DNA from: a candidate division WOR-3 bacterium
GTDB lineage: Bacteria; SDB-A
DNA length: 20,000 nucleotides
Assembly: GCA_016934535.1 (NCBI GenBank)
Contig: JAFGSQ010000037.1
Span: 52,654 to 72,653 of the forward strand
Direction of reading: 5' to 3'
The translations under genes and the position numbers were made by a program. The notes beneath the pieces were generated by a model that was not told the origin of the DNA, did not search any database, and saw only the letters and a program-made list of their open reading frames with translations. This document shows positions 7,428 through 16,934 of this stretch, one piece after another (the stretch's first letter is position 1; the number at the start of each line of letters is the position of its first letter).

Positions 7428-8138
7428 ATGAAAAAAACTGGGGCAATTTACTTTATAACTATTCTTTTCTCAGTCGTGTCAAGCGCTCAATTACCTTTAA
7501 TTGAAAAGATTGAGAAAAAAAGTTACGTATATCTGCTCGGCGGATACAACAGGGCTGAGATGTCAGAACTCAACACCTCTTTGAGAAAATTCGGCTATCC
7601 TGAATTCTGTCAGCGCTTTTATTCTTACGGGATAGGTTATCACTACAAAGTCGGCGACAGGTACATCCTCAGACTTGCCGGGAGAAAATATCTGCCTCAG
7701 AAGAACGCTGAAGGAGGCAGAACGATCAGCGTCAGCGCTGAATGGATATACGCCGAAAGTCAATTTGGTTATGTATTTAAAAAAAGCGAAAATGCGGATT
7801 TTTATTTGCTTTTCGGAGCCGGGATCAATGATGTCAGATTGAAGATATTTGATGCCGAAAAGACCGGATTTGATTCTCTTTTACTTTTTCCCGAAAGAGG
7901 AATTGAATTTTCCGGCAAAATTTTCAGCGTGTCTTTATCAATAGGAACTGATTTGCTTATTGGCCCTCTGAAGTGCGTCTCTGAAAAATCGGGAATAGTG
8001 CTCGGGGGTAATTTTGGTTATCGTTTCACTCCTTATTGTTTTTCCTGGGAAACCCCTTCTTTCAATGTCGAAGGAGGCCCGTCCATGGATATATCAGGAC
8101 CATTTTTTGAATTTTACGCAGGCTGGGGAGAACTTTAA
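7428..8138 (+). CDS. Putative outer-membrane beta-barrel protein
   Basis: Signal peptide ending VSSA; Gly/aromatic alternating strands (YSYGIGYHY, FYLLFGAGI, GGNFGYRF); C-terminal GPFFEFYAGW strand. Confidence 0.65.
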   Translation: MKKTGAIYFITILFSVVSSAQLPLIEKIEKKSYVYLLGGYNRAEMSELNTSLRKFGYPEFCQRFYSYGIGYHYKVGDRYILRLAGRKYLPQKNAEGGRTISVSAEWIYAESQFGYVFKKSENADFYLLFGAGINDVRLKIFDAEKTGFDSLLLFPERGIEFSGKIFSVSLSIGTDLLIGPLKCVSEKSGIVLGGNFGYRFTPYCFSWETPSFNVEGGPSMDISGPFFEFYAGWGEL

Positions 8139-8157
8139 AAAAAACCGGAGGTTGCTC

Positions 8158-9393
8158 GTGCCCGAAAAACAAAGAACAGTAATTCACGCCGAGACTCTAT
8201 TCGACGGCATAAAGAAAATTGATGACGTGAATGTGGTGATCGAAAAAGACAAAATCACCGATATCTCAAAAAGTTCCGCCAGAGCTGATATTTCAGGAAT
8301 AGTAACTCCGTCTTTCATAGACGCCCATTCTCACATCGGAATGGCCAGGGAGGGTGAACCCGGAGACGAAGAAGAGACCAACGACATAACCTCGCAATTC
8401 CTTCCTCTCAACGATCCTTACAACAGCATTTATTTCGACGACAGGGCTTTTTCTGACGCTGTGGATTTCGGTGTACTTTACAGCTGTGTTGTCCCCGGCA
8501 GCGGGAATCTTCTCGGCGGAAAAGCAGTCGTTATAAGAAATTTCGCTCAGAACAGGGGAGAAGGACTCTTTAAAGAGTACGGTTACAAAATGGCTCTCGG
8601 ATACAATCCCCGTTCTACAGGTCAGTGGAAAGGCGAAAGACCCAACACAAGGATGGGAATCTACGCCATGCTTGAAAGCAAATTCGACGAAGTGCTTTGC
8701 AAGAGAGAGAAGGCCGGAGTAGCCGCCGAAAAAGAAAAATCGGCGTTGTCGAGATCGCTTTCCGAAAAAAAAATAACCGGAGACGAGGCGAAAGAAGAGA
8801 CGGCGAGAATAGAAAAAGCTTTTGAGCTCGAACTTTCCTCAGCCGAAAAAGAGATCCTAAAAATCCTCGACGGGAAGAAGACTGTCAAAGTCCACGTTCA
8901 CAAAGAGGACGACGCCCTTTATCTCATAGACCTTGTAAAAAAATACAAAATTAAAGCGACGGCGGACCATCTCGGCAACGTTTTTCACAAAGAAATATTC
9001 GATGAACTCGCTGAAAACGGTATTCCGATAGTGTATGGACCGCTGAACTCATTCTCGTACAAGGTTGAACTCAAACATTCGTATTACCAGAATGTAAAAC
9101 TGCTGATGGAATCGAAGGCTTTTTACGGTTTGATGACGGATCATCCCGTCATTATGACAGGCTCTCTCAGGGACAGTCTCAAGTATTTCATGATATACGG
9201 CATGACTGAGGAAAAGGCGATAGGAATAATAACAAAAAACAACGCGGAAATTCTCGGAGTTGAAGAAACTCTCGGAACCGTGGAGACCGGAAAACTCGCC
9301 AGCCTCGTCGTGTGGGACAATGATCCCTTGCATTTTTCAGCTTATCCCCGCGCCGTATTCGCCGAAGGCAGACTGATAAGACAAAGAAACTGA
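8158..9393 (+). CDS. Amidohydrolase-superfamily protein
   Basis: PSFIDAHSHIG, KMALG.NP, HVH, DH, TDHP, GTVETGKLASLVVW. Start is likely GTG 8158 after GGAGG, not 8014, which would overlap the upstream gene. Confidence 0.9.
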   Translation: MPEKQRTVIHAETLFDGIKKIDDVNVVIEKDKITDISKSSARADISGIVTPSFIDAHSHIGMAREGEPGDEEETNDITSQFLPLNDPYNSIYFDDRAFSDAVDFGVLYSCVVPGSGNLLGGKAVVIRNFAQNRGEGLFKEYGYKMALGYNPRSTGQWKGERPNTRMGIYAMLESKFDEVLCKREKAGVAAEKEKSALSRSLSEKKITGDEAKEETARIEKAFELELSSAEKEILKILDGKKTVKVHVHKEDDALYLIDLVKKYKIKATADHLGNVFHKEIFDELAENGIPIVYGPLNSFSYKVELKHSYYQNVKLLMESKAFYGLMTDHPVIMTGSLRDSLKYFMIYGMTEEKAIGIITKNNAEILGVEETLGTVETGKLASLVVWDNDPLHFSAYPRAVFAEGRLIRQRN

Positions 9394-9394
9394 T

Positions 9395-10150
9395 TTGACT
9401 TTGTTTTTTTTGATTATGACATTCGGTTTGCAGGGGAACATAGCGGTTTCTTCTGAAGTCGGCGAAAGGATTTCAACCGTTCTGTCGGCACTGAAAATCC
9501 ACTGCGACAGGTGTGAGCTTTCGAGAGAGGGGCATCTTTATTACATAGATCCCGCCGAATATCTTCCGGAGACTCCTGAGTCTCCCCGCTTAGGACAAAA
9601 AAGAGGTGACGACGAAGGCGTGTCGGTCCAGAGACTCGTTTACGGCATTCCTTACAAAGTTGACGGAGAAGAAGTGATTTTTGAAATCGAAAGTGTTTAC
9701 CCGGTCAGAACGGGCCGCCTCGGTTTCGGTTTTCTAAGAAGATCGGGCAGGACTCCGACGGGATTTTACGTTTTCGGAGATTATTATCTCGCGCAGGAAA
9801 AATATACAAACCTCAGCTCGACTCATCCGGGCGAAATAACGACAGGAAAAATTCTTCTCGTCAACGTCATTAAAAACGGAAGGTCCATATACGAGGAGAC
9901 ACTGGGTCAGAACAACCCTCTGTTGAGAGGTGTCATTGTCCACGGCTTCGGCCTTTCTGAGGAAGAAGAGGCTGGCGAAGATGAAGGTTCGAAGGGTTGT
10001 ATTCACGTTACGGCATACGGCATAATCGACATGATAAGCACGCTGAAAAGAAACAGAGGCAGAACTTATATTTTCATTTGGGGCTCGTCGCCGGGTTTTG
10101 ACGACCTGCCGGATTATGAAAAGCGAATTTTCGAGAGTTTGAGCAGATGA
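9395..10150 (+). CDS. L,D-transpeptidase (YkuD-like) catalytic-domain protein
   Basis: Hydrophobic N-terminus; RTPTGFY, IVHG and SKGCIHV fit the His...S.GC catalytic pattern. Confidence 0.65.
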   Translation: MTLFFLIMTFGLQGNIAVSSEVGERISTVLSALKIHCDRCELSREGHLYYIDPAEYLPETPESPRLGQKRGDDEGVSVQRLVYGIPYKVDGEEVIFEIESVYPVRTGRLGFGFLRRSGRTPTGFYVFGDYYLAQEKYTNLSSTHPGEITTGKILLVNVIKNGRSIYEETLGQNNPLLRGVIVHGFGLSEEEEAGEDEGSKGCIHVTAYGIIDMISTLKRNRGRTYIFIWGSSPGFDDLPDYEKRIFESLSR

Positions 10151-10178
10151 TAATCCGGAAAAAACGAGGGGAAATTAA

Positions 10179-11330
10179 ATGAACATGATCATACTGCTGT
10201 CTCTGCTTTGCAGTCAAAGGGTGTTTTTCGATCCGGTTCTGATAACCGATGACTACATTTACGATAAATTCGGTTTCAGGCAGGTCACAGTAGAAGCTCC
10301 AGACAGGTCTGTTGTGATAACTTTGGCCGGAGATATAAACATGTCGGCGTCGAAAACTTACGTTGACTCAGGTGGTGCGGTTTCGAGCAGGGGAGTCCTC
10401 ACTTTTTCCGTCTTCAGCGACTCCATAAAAGGACAAATCAACGGAGACATTAACTACTGCAATCTCGAAACCGTAGTTCTGAACGACAATACTCTCAGAC
10501 ATGCAGACAAGAGTTTTTGTTTCAGGATGCACACCAACGCTTTTCGTCACCTTCTCGGGTTAGGCTTCAACCTTTTCGGTCTTGCAAACAACCACATGGA
10601 AGATTACGGTGCCCAGGGTATAATCCAGACCATTGATAACATTTCGGCACTGCAGTCGGATTTCACGTTTTCTTTCGCAGGCGCCGGGAAAAATTATGAA
10701 GAATCTGTCAAACCGTCTGTTTTTGAGGTAAAAGGTCACACGTTCGCGTTTTCGAGCATAGGCATTTCCGGTCTGCCGGCGACGAGGTACGGAGCAGGTG
10801 TCGCTCTGACTTCATTCTGCGACAGAGTACTTCAGGAATTGTCTGTGGCCGAAGCCGATTACAGAATACTTGCCGTTCACGCCGGTCTTGAGAGAAACGA
10901 ATTTGTGACTCAGATACAGACATCGGTCTTCAGAAAAGCTCTCGACGAATACAAGATAGATCTCGTCGTCGGCACGCACCCTCACATAGTTCAGGGCGTC
11001 GAATACAACGACGGAAGAATAGCCTTCTACAGTCTCGGAAACTTCCTTATGCTCGGCGCGCGCGACATGTCAACGGTCGAAAACTCTTACTGTAAAAAAG
11101 ACTTCGGACTGTTCGTAAGAATCTATCTGTCGGATTCCCTCGATCTCGACTCAGTGACCGTACACCCTGTCTTCAACATGCATTTTCAGCCGTATTTTCT
11201 CGTGGACTCGGTTTCGGTGAGAAGGAGAATAGACTGGCTCAACAGGATAAGCTTTCAGCCTTATCTCAGTCCCGGCGGTGAAAAAGTGCATTTCGAAAGC
11301 GACGGCAGCAGAGGGATTTTTGTCCCTTAA
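10179..11330 (+). CDS. CapA-family metallophosphatase-fold protein
   Basis: LAGDIN, NLET, LANNHMEDYG..G, VHAG.E, GTHPHIVQG.E, YSLGNF. Confidence 0.9.
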   Translation: MNMIILLSLLCSQRVFFDPVLITDDYIYDKFGFRQVTVEAPDRSVVITLAGDINMSASKTYVDSGGAVSSRGVLTFSVFSDSIKGQINGDINYCNLETVVLNDNTLRHADKSFCFRMHTNAFRHLLGLGFNLFGLANNHMEDYGAQGIIQTIDNISALQSDFTFSFAGAGKNYEESVKPSVFEVKGHTFAFSSIGISGLPATRYGAGVALTSFCDRVLQELSVAEADYRILAVHAGLERNEFVTQIQTSVFRKALDEYKIDLVVGTHPHIVQGVEYNDGRIAFYSLGNFLMLGARDMSTVENSYCKKDFGLFVRIYLSDSLDLDSVTVHPVFNMHFQPYFLVDSVSVRRRIDWLNRISFQPYLSPGGEKVHFESDGSRGIFVP

Positions 11331-11339
11331 TCCGGGCGG

Positions 11340-11891
11340 ATGAAACACTATTTAAAAAACGTCTCTGCGAGACAGAAAATATTTCAGATATCATTGATAA
11401 TTATTGTCGTCGCATTGAGCGTTCTCATTTTGATTTTCAGGAACAGAATTGAATATCTGAAGGATTACGGTTACGCAGGTCTTTTTCTCATCTCCGTTCT
11501 CAGCTCGGCGAGTATAATACTTCCAGTCCCCGGACTTTTTCTGGTTTTTACCTTCGGAGCGGTCCTGAATCCCGTTTTAGTCGGGGTGGTATCAGGCGTC
11601 GGTTCCGCAGCCGGTGAGATAACCGGATACCTTCTCGGATACGGCGGCAGGATAGCTGTCGAAGACGGAGAAAAGTACAGAAAAATATCAGGTTGGATGA
11701 AAAAATGGGGCGGTCTGACGATTGTCGTCCTGGCTTTCATTCCCAACCCCCTTTTTGATGTAGCGGGGATAGTATCGGGCATGTTGAGGTATCCTCTTTG
11801 GAAGTTCCTTTTGTACAGCCTTGTTGGCAGAATACCGAAACATATCATATTCGCTTACGCCGGGTTTTACAGTTTGTACTACTTTTTGTGA
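11340..11891 (+). CDS. DedA/VTT-domain membrane protein
   Basis: Several TM helices; SIILPVPG, GSAAGEITGYLLG, IPNPLFDVAGI..G, GRIPK. Confidence 0.88.
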   Translation: MKHYLKNVSARQKIFQISLIIIVVALSVLILIFRNRIEYLKDYGYAGLFLISVLSSASIILPVPGLFLVFTFGAVLNPVLVGVVSGVGSAAGEITGYLLGYGGRIAVEDGEKYRKISGWMKKWGGLTIVVLAFIPNPLFDVAGIVSGMLRYPLWKFLLYSLVGRIPKHIIFAYAGFYSLYYFL

Positions 11892-11975
11892 TTCACCATT
11901 CCAGGGGTTTCGGTATGTCTGAATGTGTGATAATCTTTATCGTGGCTCCGGTTTTTCAAACATTGTAAACGCGGA

Positions 11976-14900
11976 TTGAAAATGAGAATTCTGGTCCCTG
12001 AAATGATATGCGAACGCTATTGTGAAGGCAGAAAAGAAGGTCGTTTCAATTCGTTCGTACTGACTGCCGATATAGCGGGCTTCACTTCCATAACCGAGTC
12101 TCTTTCTGAAAAATCCGGCGCGGGTTCGGAAATAATCTCCGACGCAATAAACAGAATATTCACGCCAGTGATTGATATTATTGATGTTTACGGAGGATTC
12201 GTATCTTCCTTCGCGGGAGATTCTTTTACGTCGCTTTTTCCTGAAAACTCGGTCGGCGTCAAAGAAATTTTGGATGTTTCAGGAAGAATAATAACGTCGC
12301 TTTCCGAAACCGGTGAAATAAAAACAAAATTCGGCGATTTCAAGTTTTCTGTAAAAGTCGGGCTTTCAAGAGGAAGCGTATTCTGGCGAATTATAGAGAG
12401 CCGCAGCTGGGCGACTTTTTTTTTCTACGGAGATCCCCTGAAAAAAAGCAACGATCTTGTCAGAAACTCTTCTCCGGGAGCCGTGGCGCTCGACAGAGCT
12501 CTCGTCGATTCCTGTGGTCTCGTCGCCTTGGACGCCGCCACAGCAGAAGACGGTATCTTTTACGCTAAAAACGCAGTTTCCAGGATAAAAAAGATTGCCA
12601 GTGTGGACGTCAAGAAAAAACCGTTTGATCTTGAAACTGCGCCGATGAAAAGGTTTTTTTCTGAAAACCTTTTAAAGACAAGCGTCTCAGGCGAATTCCG
12701 CGGAGTCATACCATGTTTTATTTTTGTAGAAGAAAACTCAGTCAACGACGAAAATATAGGAAAAATCATTGAAACCGCGTCAAAATATTCGGGTTATTTC
12801 AACAAAATAGACTTCGGGGACAAGGGATGGGTAATTCTTGTCGTTTTCGGCGCTCCGTTGGGTTTGGAAAATATGGCAAAGAGAGCCTGCAACTTCGCCC
12901 TGGACACAATGGACGCTCTCGGAGGAAAAGCCAGGATAGGAATGACCTCCGGCACGGTATACGCCGGTTTCATTGGCAGTGAAAAAAGGTCGGAATACAC
13001 TGTTCTCGGTTCTGTTGTCAATCTTGCGGCGAGGATATCGCAGGTGTCCGGATGGGGCGAGATATCTGTTGATAAAAGCATGATAGGAGACGTCTGCCGC
13101 TATTGCACTGTCGTCGGTGAAAGAAATGAAGTTCTGAAAGGATTTGAAAAAAATGTGATTCGTGTCTGTTCTATTGACAGGGGTAAAACGTTTTCACAGG
13201 GTGAAAATTTCGAAGGTCCTTTCATATCGAGAAGGGATGAGACGGAAAGACTGAAGAAAATACTTTATCCGATGTTCGAAAAACGCTTTGCGGGAGTGGT
13301 TCTGGTGGAAGGATCCGCGGGAGTCGGCAAAACGAGATTTTTGAGACACATCAAAAATATTGTGCTTTCTGAAAGCGATGTGAATTGGTTCAGCATGAAT
13401 TGCGACGACCTTATGGCGAACAGTTTTCATCCGTTTACTGATTTTATAAGAAAGTTCGCAGAGCGGCCGGAATACTGTTCAGACGAAGAAAAAATATCGG
13501 CTTTTGACATGGCGTATGATTCGCTGAAATCGGAATTGAAAGATGAAAATGCGAGATCTGATCTGGAGTTCGGCCGTGTTTTCTTTTACGCTCTTCTCGG
13601 ATTTGAACAGGGGTCTCAGATATATTCTCTGTACGACGCGAAAGCCGTTTATGACAACACGTTAAATTCCCTGAGGAACTTTTTTCGTTCTTACGCTTCG
13701 ATTAAACCGCTCGTCATTGAAATCGAAGACACCAACTGGATCGACACTGACTCGCTCAAACTGCTCAACTACATAATTGCGGACGCAGAGTTCACACCTC
13801 TCTGCGTTCTGTTGTCCTACAGGATTGTTGCGGGTAAAACCGTCCCTCCGTACGAAATACTTTCTGAAAAAATTTATAAAATATCACTGAACTCTTTCGG
13901 AAGGGAAGACTCCCATGCTTATATTTCGGGAAGGCTGAAAGAACTTTCTGGAAACGAAAACTCGGTTCCGGATTATGTCGTGGAAAAGATAATTGATATC
14001 ACCGAAGGTAATCCGCTTTTCATGGAACAGATACTCCTTTTTTTGAAAAACAAGGGCAGTTTGTCCACCGAGAGCAGTTTGGATACTGAAGAAATCGAAT
14101 TTCCGTCCAACATCAATTCACTTATAATTTCAAGATTGGACCTTTTGAAATTCAAGCTGAAGGGTCTGATTAAAGCCGCTTCAGTCCTCGGCAAAGACTT
14201 CGAAACCCTCGTACTCTCAAAGGTGACGGAACTCGGCGACATTTCGCCGTTTCTCGAAGAAGGCGAAAACGAAGCAATATGGGCGCCCCTCTCGGCGAGT
14301 TTTTACGCTTTTTTACACGCGATGATACGAGAGTGCGTTTACCGCATGCAGTTGAAAAAGGATTTAAAATCGCTTCACGAAAAAGCGGGAGAGACGATTG
14401 AGATCGTTTATTCAAGTGATCTCGAAGACAGATTCGAAGAGTTGTCCTATCATTTCGAACACGCGGAAAACGAAGCAAAACGGCTTTATTACCTTTACAA
14501 ATCAGCCGAAAAATTATCTTCAAAATACCGTTATTCTGACGCCTCAGTATATTACGGGAAACTTGTTACCTCGGTGGCTTTTTCCGGAGATAACGCCATT
14601 TTGTCGGATGAAATCAACGATGAAAAGGCCGAAGAGATTGATCGGAAAATGAAACTTGTCGATGCAGACCTGAAATTTGAGTCAGTCCTCATCAGAGCCG
14701 CTGAAATTGAAAGATTTCTTGGAAATTGGCAGAAGGCCGAACAATATTACAGATTTGCCTTGAGTTTATCATCAAAAAAAGGGGACAGTCACTCTCATTC
14801 TTTGGCGCTACGCAACTTGGGCAGGCATCTTTTAAACAAAGGTGAATACAACGAAGCCCAGAAAATACTGAAAGAAGCCGAAAAATATTTTTTAGACAAT

Positions 14901-16412
14901 CACTGCGACAAAGAACTTGCGCAGGTTTACGGAGACCTCGGCTTTTTGATGACAAGTCAGGGAGATTACGCCGGAGCTCTCGAATACTACGAATCACAGA
15001 GGATTATTTACGAAAGGATTTCAGATGAAAGAGGCCTTTCTCAGGTCATGCTCGATCAGGGAGTCGTCTTCTGGAGACAGGGTTTCATGGACAAAGCCAT
15101 GCAGGCTTTCGAGAAACAGCTCGAAATGGCTCAGAGAATTCAGGACAAGAGGCTTTACGCCCGGGCAGTCGGAAACATGGGGCTCGCTTTTGCGATGCAG
15201 GGTAAATACGAGAAAGCGAAGGAATGCCTCGAAGAAAATTTGAAGGTAGTTAAAGAGCTCGGTGACAGGGTGGAACTTTCGAAAACTTACGGCAATCTCG
15301 GAGTTCTCAACAAAGACACCGGAAATCTGACTGAAGCCGAAAGACTTTACAATCTCAAACTATCCGTCGCGAAAGAACTCGGCGATAAAGCCGAGACACA
15401 GCAGGTGACAGCCAACATCGGCCTTCTGAAAATGCAGTTGGGAGAGCTGAAAACGGCACGCAAATATTTCAAGGATTCTCTATCGATGGCGAATTCGCTC
15501 ATGGACGAAAAAGGCAAAGCCTTCATTTTAAGAAGCATGGGACAGCTGTATTACCAGAAAGGGAACTACATCGAAGCCATCGGATATTTCAAAAAAAGCA
15601 AGGACATCTCGGAAGCCATTGGAGAACAGATCGGCGTTTTTTCCTCTCTCGGCAACATCGGAATAGCATACATAGATATGGGTCAGAACAAAAAAGCATT
15701 AAAATTTCTTGAAGAACAACTTCGAGAGGCTAAAAAAACGGGTGTCCAGTGGAATCTTATGTACGCCATGATAAATCTCGGGATAGTGAGCGTAAAAACT
15801 GGTGAAATTGACCTGGCATTAAAATATTTGAAAAAAGCAGAAAATATTGCAAGTGAGCTGAAACACGGCAAATTCGTTAAAGATATACATCTTCTGCAGG
15901 CGGACGCTGAGATTTCCAGAGGAAGGCTGAAACCGGCCTCAAGAATTGTTAACTGTATACTTGAGCTTTCAGATAAAGACGAAGCTGACATCACGGCCCA
16001 GGTCTTGCTGTCGAAGATAACGCGTCTGAAAAAATCATCGCCGTCGGAAAAGAAGAATTCTATTTATCGCTTGGCTCTTTTGTCCGACAGGGAAATGACT
16101 TTAAAAAACAGGGCTGACATCCTTCATGAAATGGCTAAAACTTATTCATCTATTGTCAAAACCGGTGAAGCTGTTTTGCTGGCCAAAGACAAAGAATTTT
16201 TAGAGAGCATAAAAACCATCGCGTCAGCAAAAAAAACGGACGGATCAGCCGAAAATAATCCGGAAAAAGTAGATAAATTTCTTTATTCCTCGGCTCAAAG
16301 ACACTTGAAGGAATTGATCAAGATCCGGCCGACTCGCGACCACATTAAAAGAAGCATGGAGATAAAACGATTTTTGGAAAGGAAAAATAATGCAGTCGGA
16401 AAAAAGAAATGA
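11976..16412 (+). CDS. Tandem class III adenylate cyclase - STAND NTPase - TPR protein (start may be ATG 11982)
   Basis: Cyclase 1: ADIAGFT, FAGD. Cyclase 2: [23 protein letters not shown]. Walker A GSAGVGKT, Walker [19 protein letters not shown], then ASVLG and FLHAMIRE; about 9-10 TPRs. Confidence 0.9.
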   Translation: MKMRILVPEMICERYCEGRKEGRFNSFVLTADIAGFTSITESLSEKSGAGSEIISDAINRIFTPVIDIIDVYGGFVSSFAGDSFTSLFPENSVGVKEILDVSGRIITSLSETGEIKTKFGDFKFSVKVGLSRGSVFWRIIESRSWATFFFYGDPLKKSNDLVRNSSPGAVALDRALVDSCGLVALDAATAEDGIFYAKNAVSRIKKIASVDVKKKPFDLETAPMKRFFSENLLKTSVSGEFRGVIPCFIFVEENSVNDENIGKIIETASKYSGYFNKIDFGDKGWVILVVFGAPLGLENMAKRACNFALDTMDALGGKARIGMTSGTVYAGFIGSEKRSEYTVLGSVVNLAARISQVSGWGEISVDKSMIGDVCRYCTVVGERNEVLKGFEKNVIRVCSIDRGKTFSQGENFEGPFISRRDETERLKKILYPMFEKRFAGVVLVEGSAGVGKTRFLRHIKNIVLSESDVNWFSMNCDDLMANSFHPFTDFIRKFAERPEYCSDEEKISAFDMAYDSLKSELKDENARSDLEFGRVFFYALLGFEQGSQIYSLYDAKAVYDNTLNSLRNFFRSYASIKPLVIEIEDTNWIDTDSLKLLNYIIADAEFTPLCVLLSYRIVAGKTVPPYEILSEKIYKISLNSFGREDSHAYISGRLKELSGNENSVPDYVVEKIIDITEGNPLFMEQILLFLKNKGSLSTESSLDTEEIEFPSNINSLIISRLDLLKFKLKGLIKAASVLGKDFETLVLSKVTELGDISPFLEEGENEAIWAPLSASFYAFLHAMIRECVYRMQLKKDLKSLHEKAGETIEIVYSSDLEDRFEELSYHFEHAENEAKRLYYLYKSAEKLSSKYRYSDASVYYGKLVTSVAFSGDNAILSDEINDEKAEEIDRKMKLVDADLKFESVLIRAAEIERFLGNWQKAEQYYRFALSLSSKKGDSHSHSLALRNLGRHLLNKGEYNEAQKILKEAEKYFLDNHCDKELAQVYGDLGFLMTSQGDYAGALEYYESQRIIYERISDERGLSQVMLDQGVVFWRQGFMDKAMQAFEKQLEMAQRIQDKRLYARAVGNMGLAFAMQGKYEKAKECLEENLKVVKELGDRVELSKTYGNLGVLNKDTGNLTEAERLYNLKLSVAKELGDKAETQQVTANIGLLKMQLGELKTARKYFKDSLSMANSLMDEKGKAFILRSMGQLYYQKGNYIEAIGYFKKSKDISEAIGEQIGVFSSLGNIGIAYIDMGQNKKALKFLEEQLREAKKTGVQWNLMYAMINLGIVSVKTGEIDLALKYLKKAENIASELKHGKFVKDIHLLQADAEISRGRLKPASRIVNCILELSDKDEADITAQVLLSKITRLKKSSPSEKKNSIYRLALLSDREMTLKNRADILHEMAKTYSSIVKTGEAVLLAKDKEFLESIKTIASAKKTDGSAENNPEKVDKFLYSSAQRHLKELIKIRPTRDHIKRSMEIKRFLERKNNAVGKKK

Positions 16413-16887
16413 TTATCTGACCTGGGATGAATATTTCATGGGCGTAGCAATACTTTCTGCAAAAAGAAGCAAAGACCCCTCGACGCAGGTTGGCGCCTGC
16501 ATAGTCAACTCAAGAAACAAAATTGTCGGCGTCGGTTACAACGGATTTCCCCTCGGATGTTCCGATGACGATTTTCCATGGGAGAGAGAGGGGGACTTTC
16601 TCGACACAAAATATCCTTACGTGTGTCACGCCGAATTAAACGCCGTCATAAATAAAATAAGCGTCGAACTATACGACTGCAGAATATACGTCGGTCTTTT
16701 TCCGTGCAACGAATGCGCCAAAGTTATAATACAGTCGGGAATAAAGGAAGTCATTTATCTTTCAGACAAATACGCCGAATCCGACCAGACGATTGCCGCA
16801 AAAAAGATGTTCGACAGCTCGTCGGTAAAATACAGTAGATTCGACGGCGCGAGGAAAAATATTGTAATTGACTTTGAAAATACCTGA
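16390..16887 (+). CDS. dCMP deaminase (ComEB/DCTD family)
   Basis: [21 protein letters not shown], Zn motifs HAE and PCNEC; overlaps the upstream gene by 23 nt. Confidence 0.95.
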   Translation: MQSEKRNDYLTWDEYFMGVAILSAKRSKDPSTQVGACIVNSRNKIVGVGYNGFPLGCSDDDFPWEREGDFLDTKYPYVCHAELNAVINKISVELYDCRIYVGLFPCNECAKVIIQSGIKEVIYLSDKYAESDQTIAAKKMFDSSSVKYSRFDGARKNIVIDFENT

Positions 16888-16934
16888 ATGCAATATATCC
16901 ACGCAAGCAAAAACGGATTCACCGGAAGGGTGTA

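Noticed and set aside
8014..8157. N-terminal extension of the amidohydrolase
   Set aside because: Overlaps the barrel gene by 125 nt; GGAGG plus GTG at 8158 is a better start.
10179..11330. Poly-gamma-glutamate capsule locus
   Set aside because: No capB/capC in the window; lone CapA-domain proteins are widespread.
16390..16887. AvcD-type defence deaminase
   Set aside because: Only 165 aa with no P-loop domain; motifs fit ordinary dCMP deaminase.
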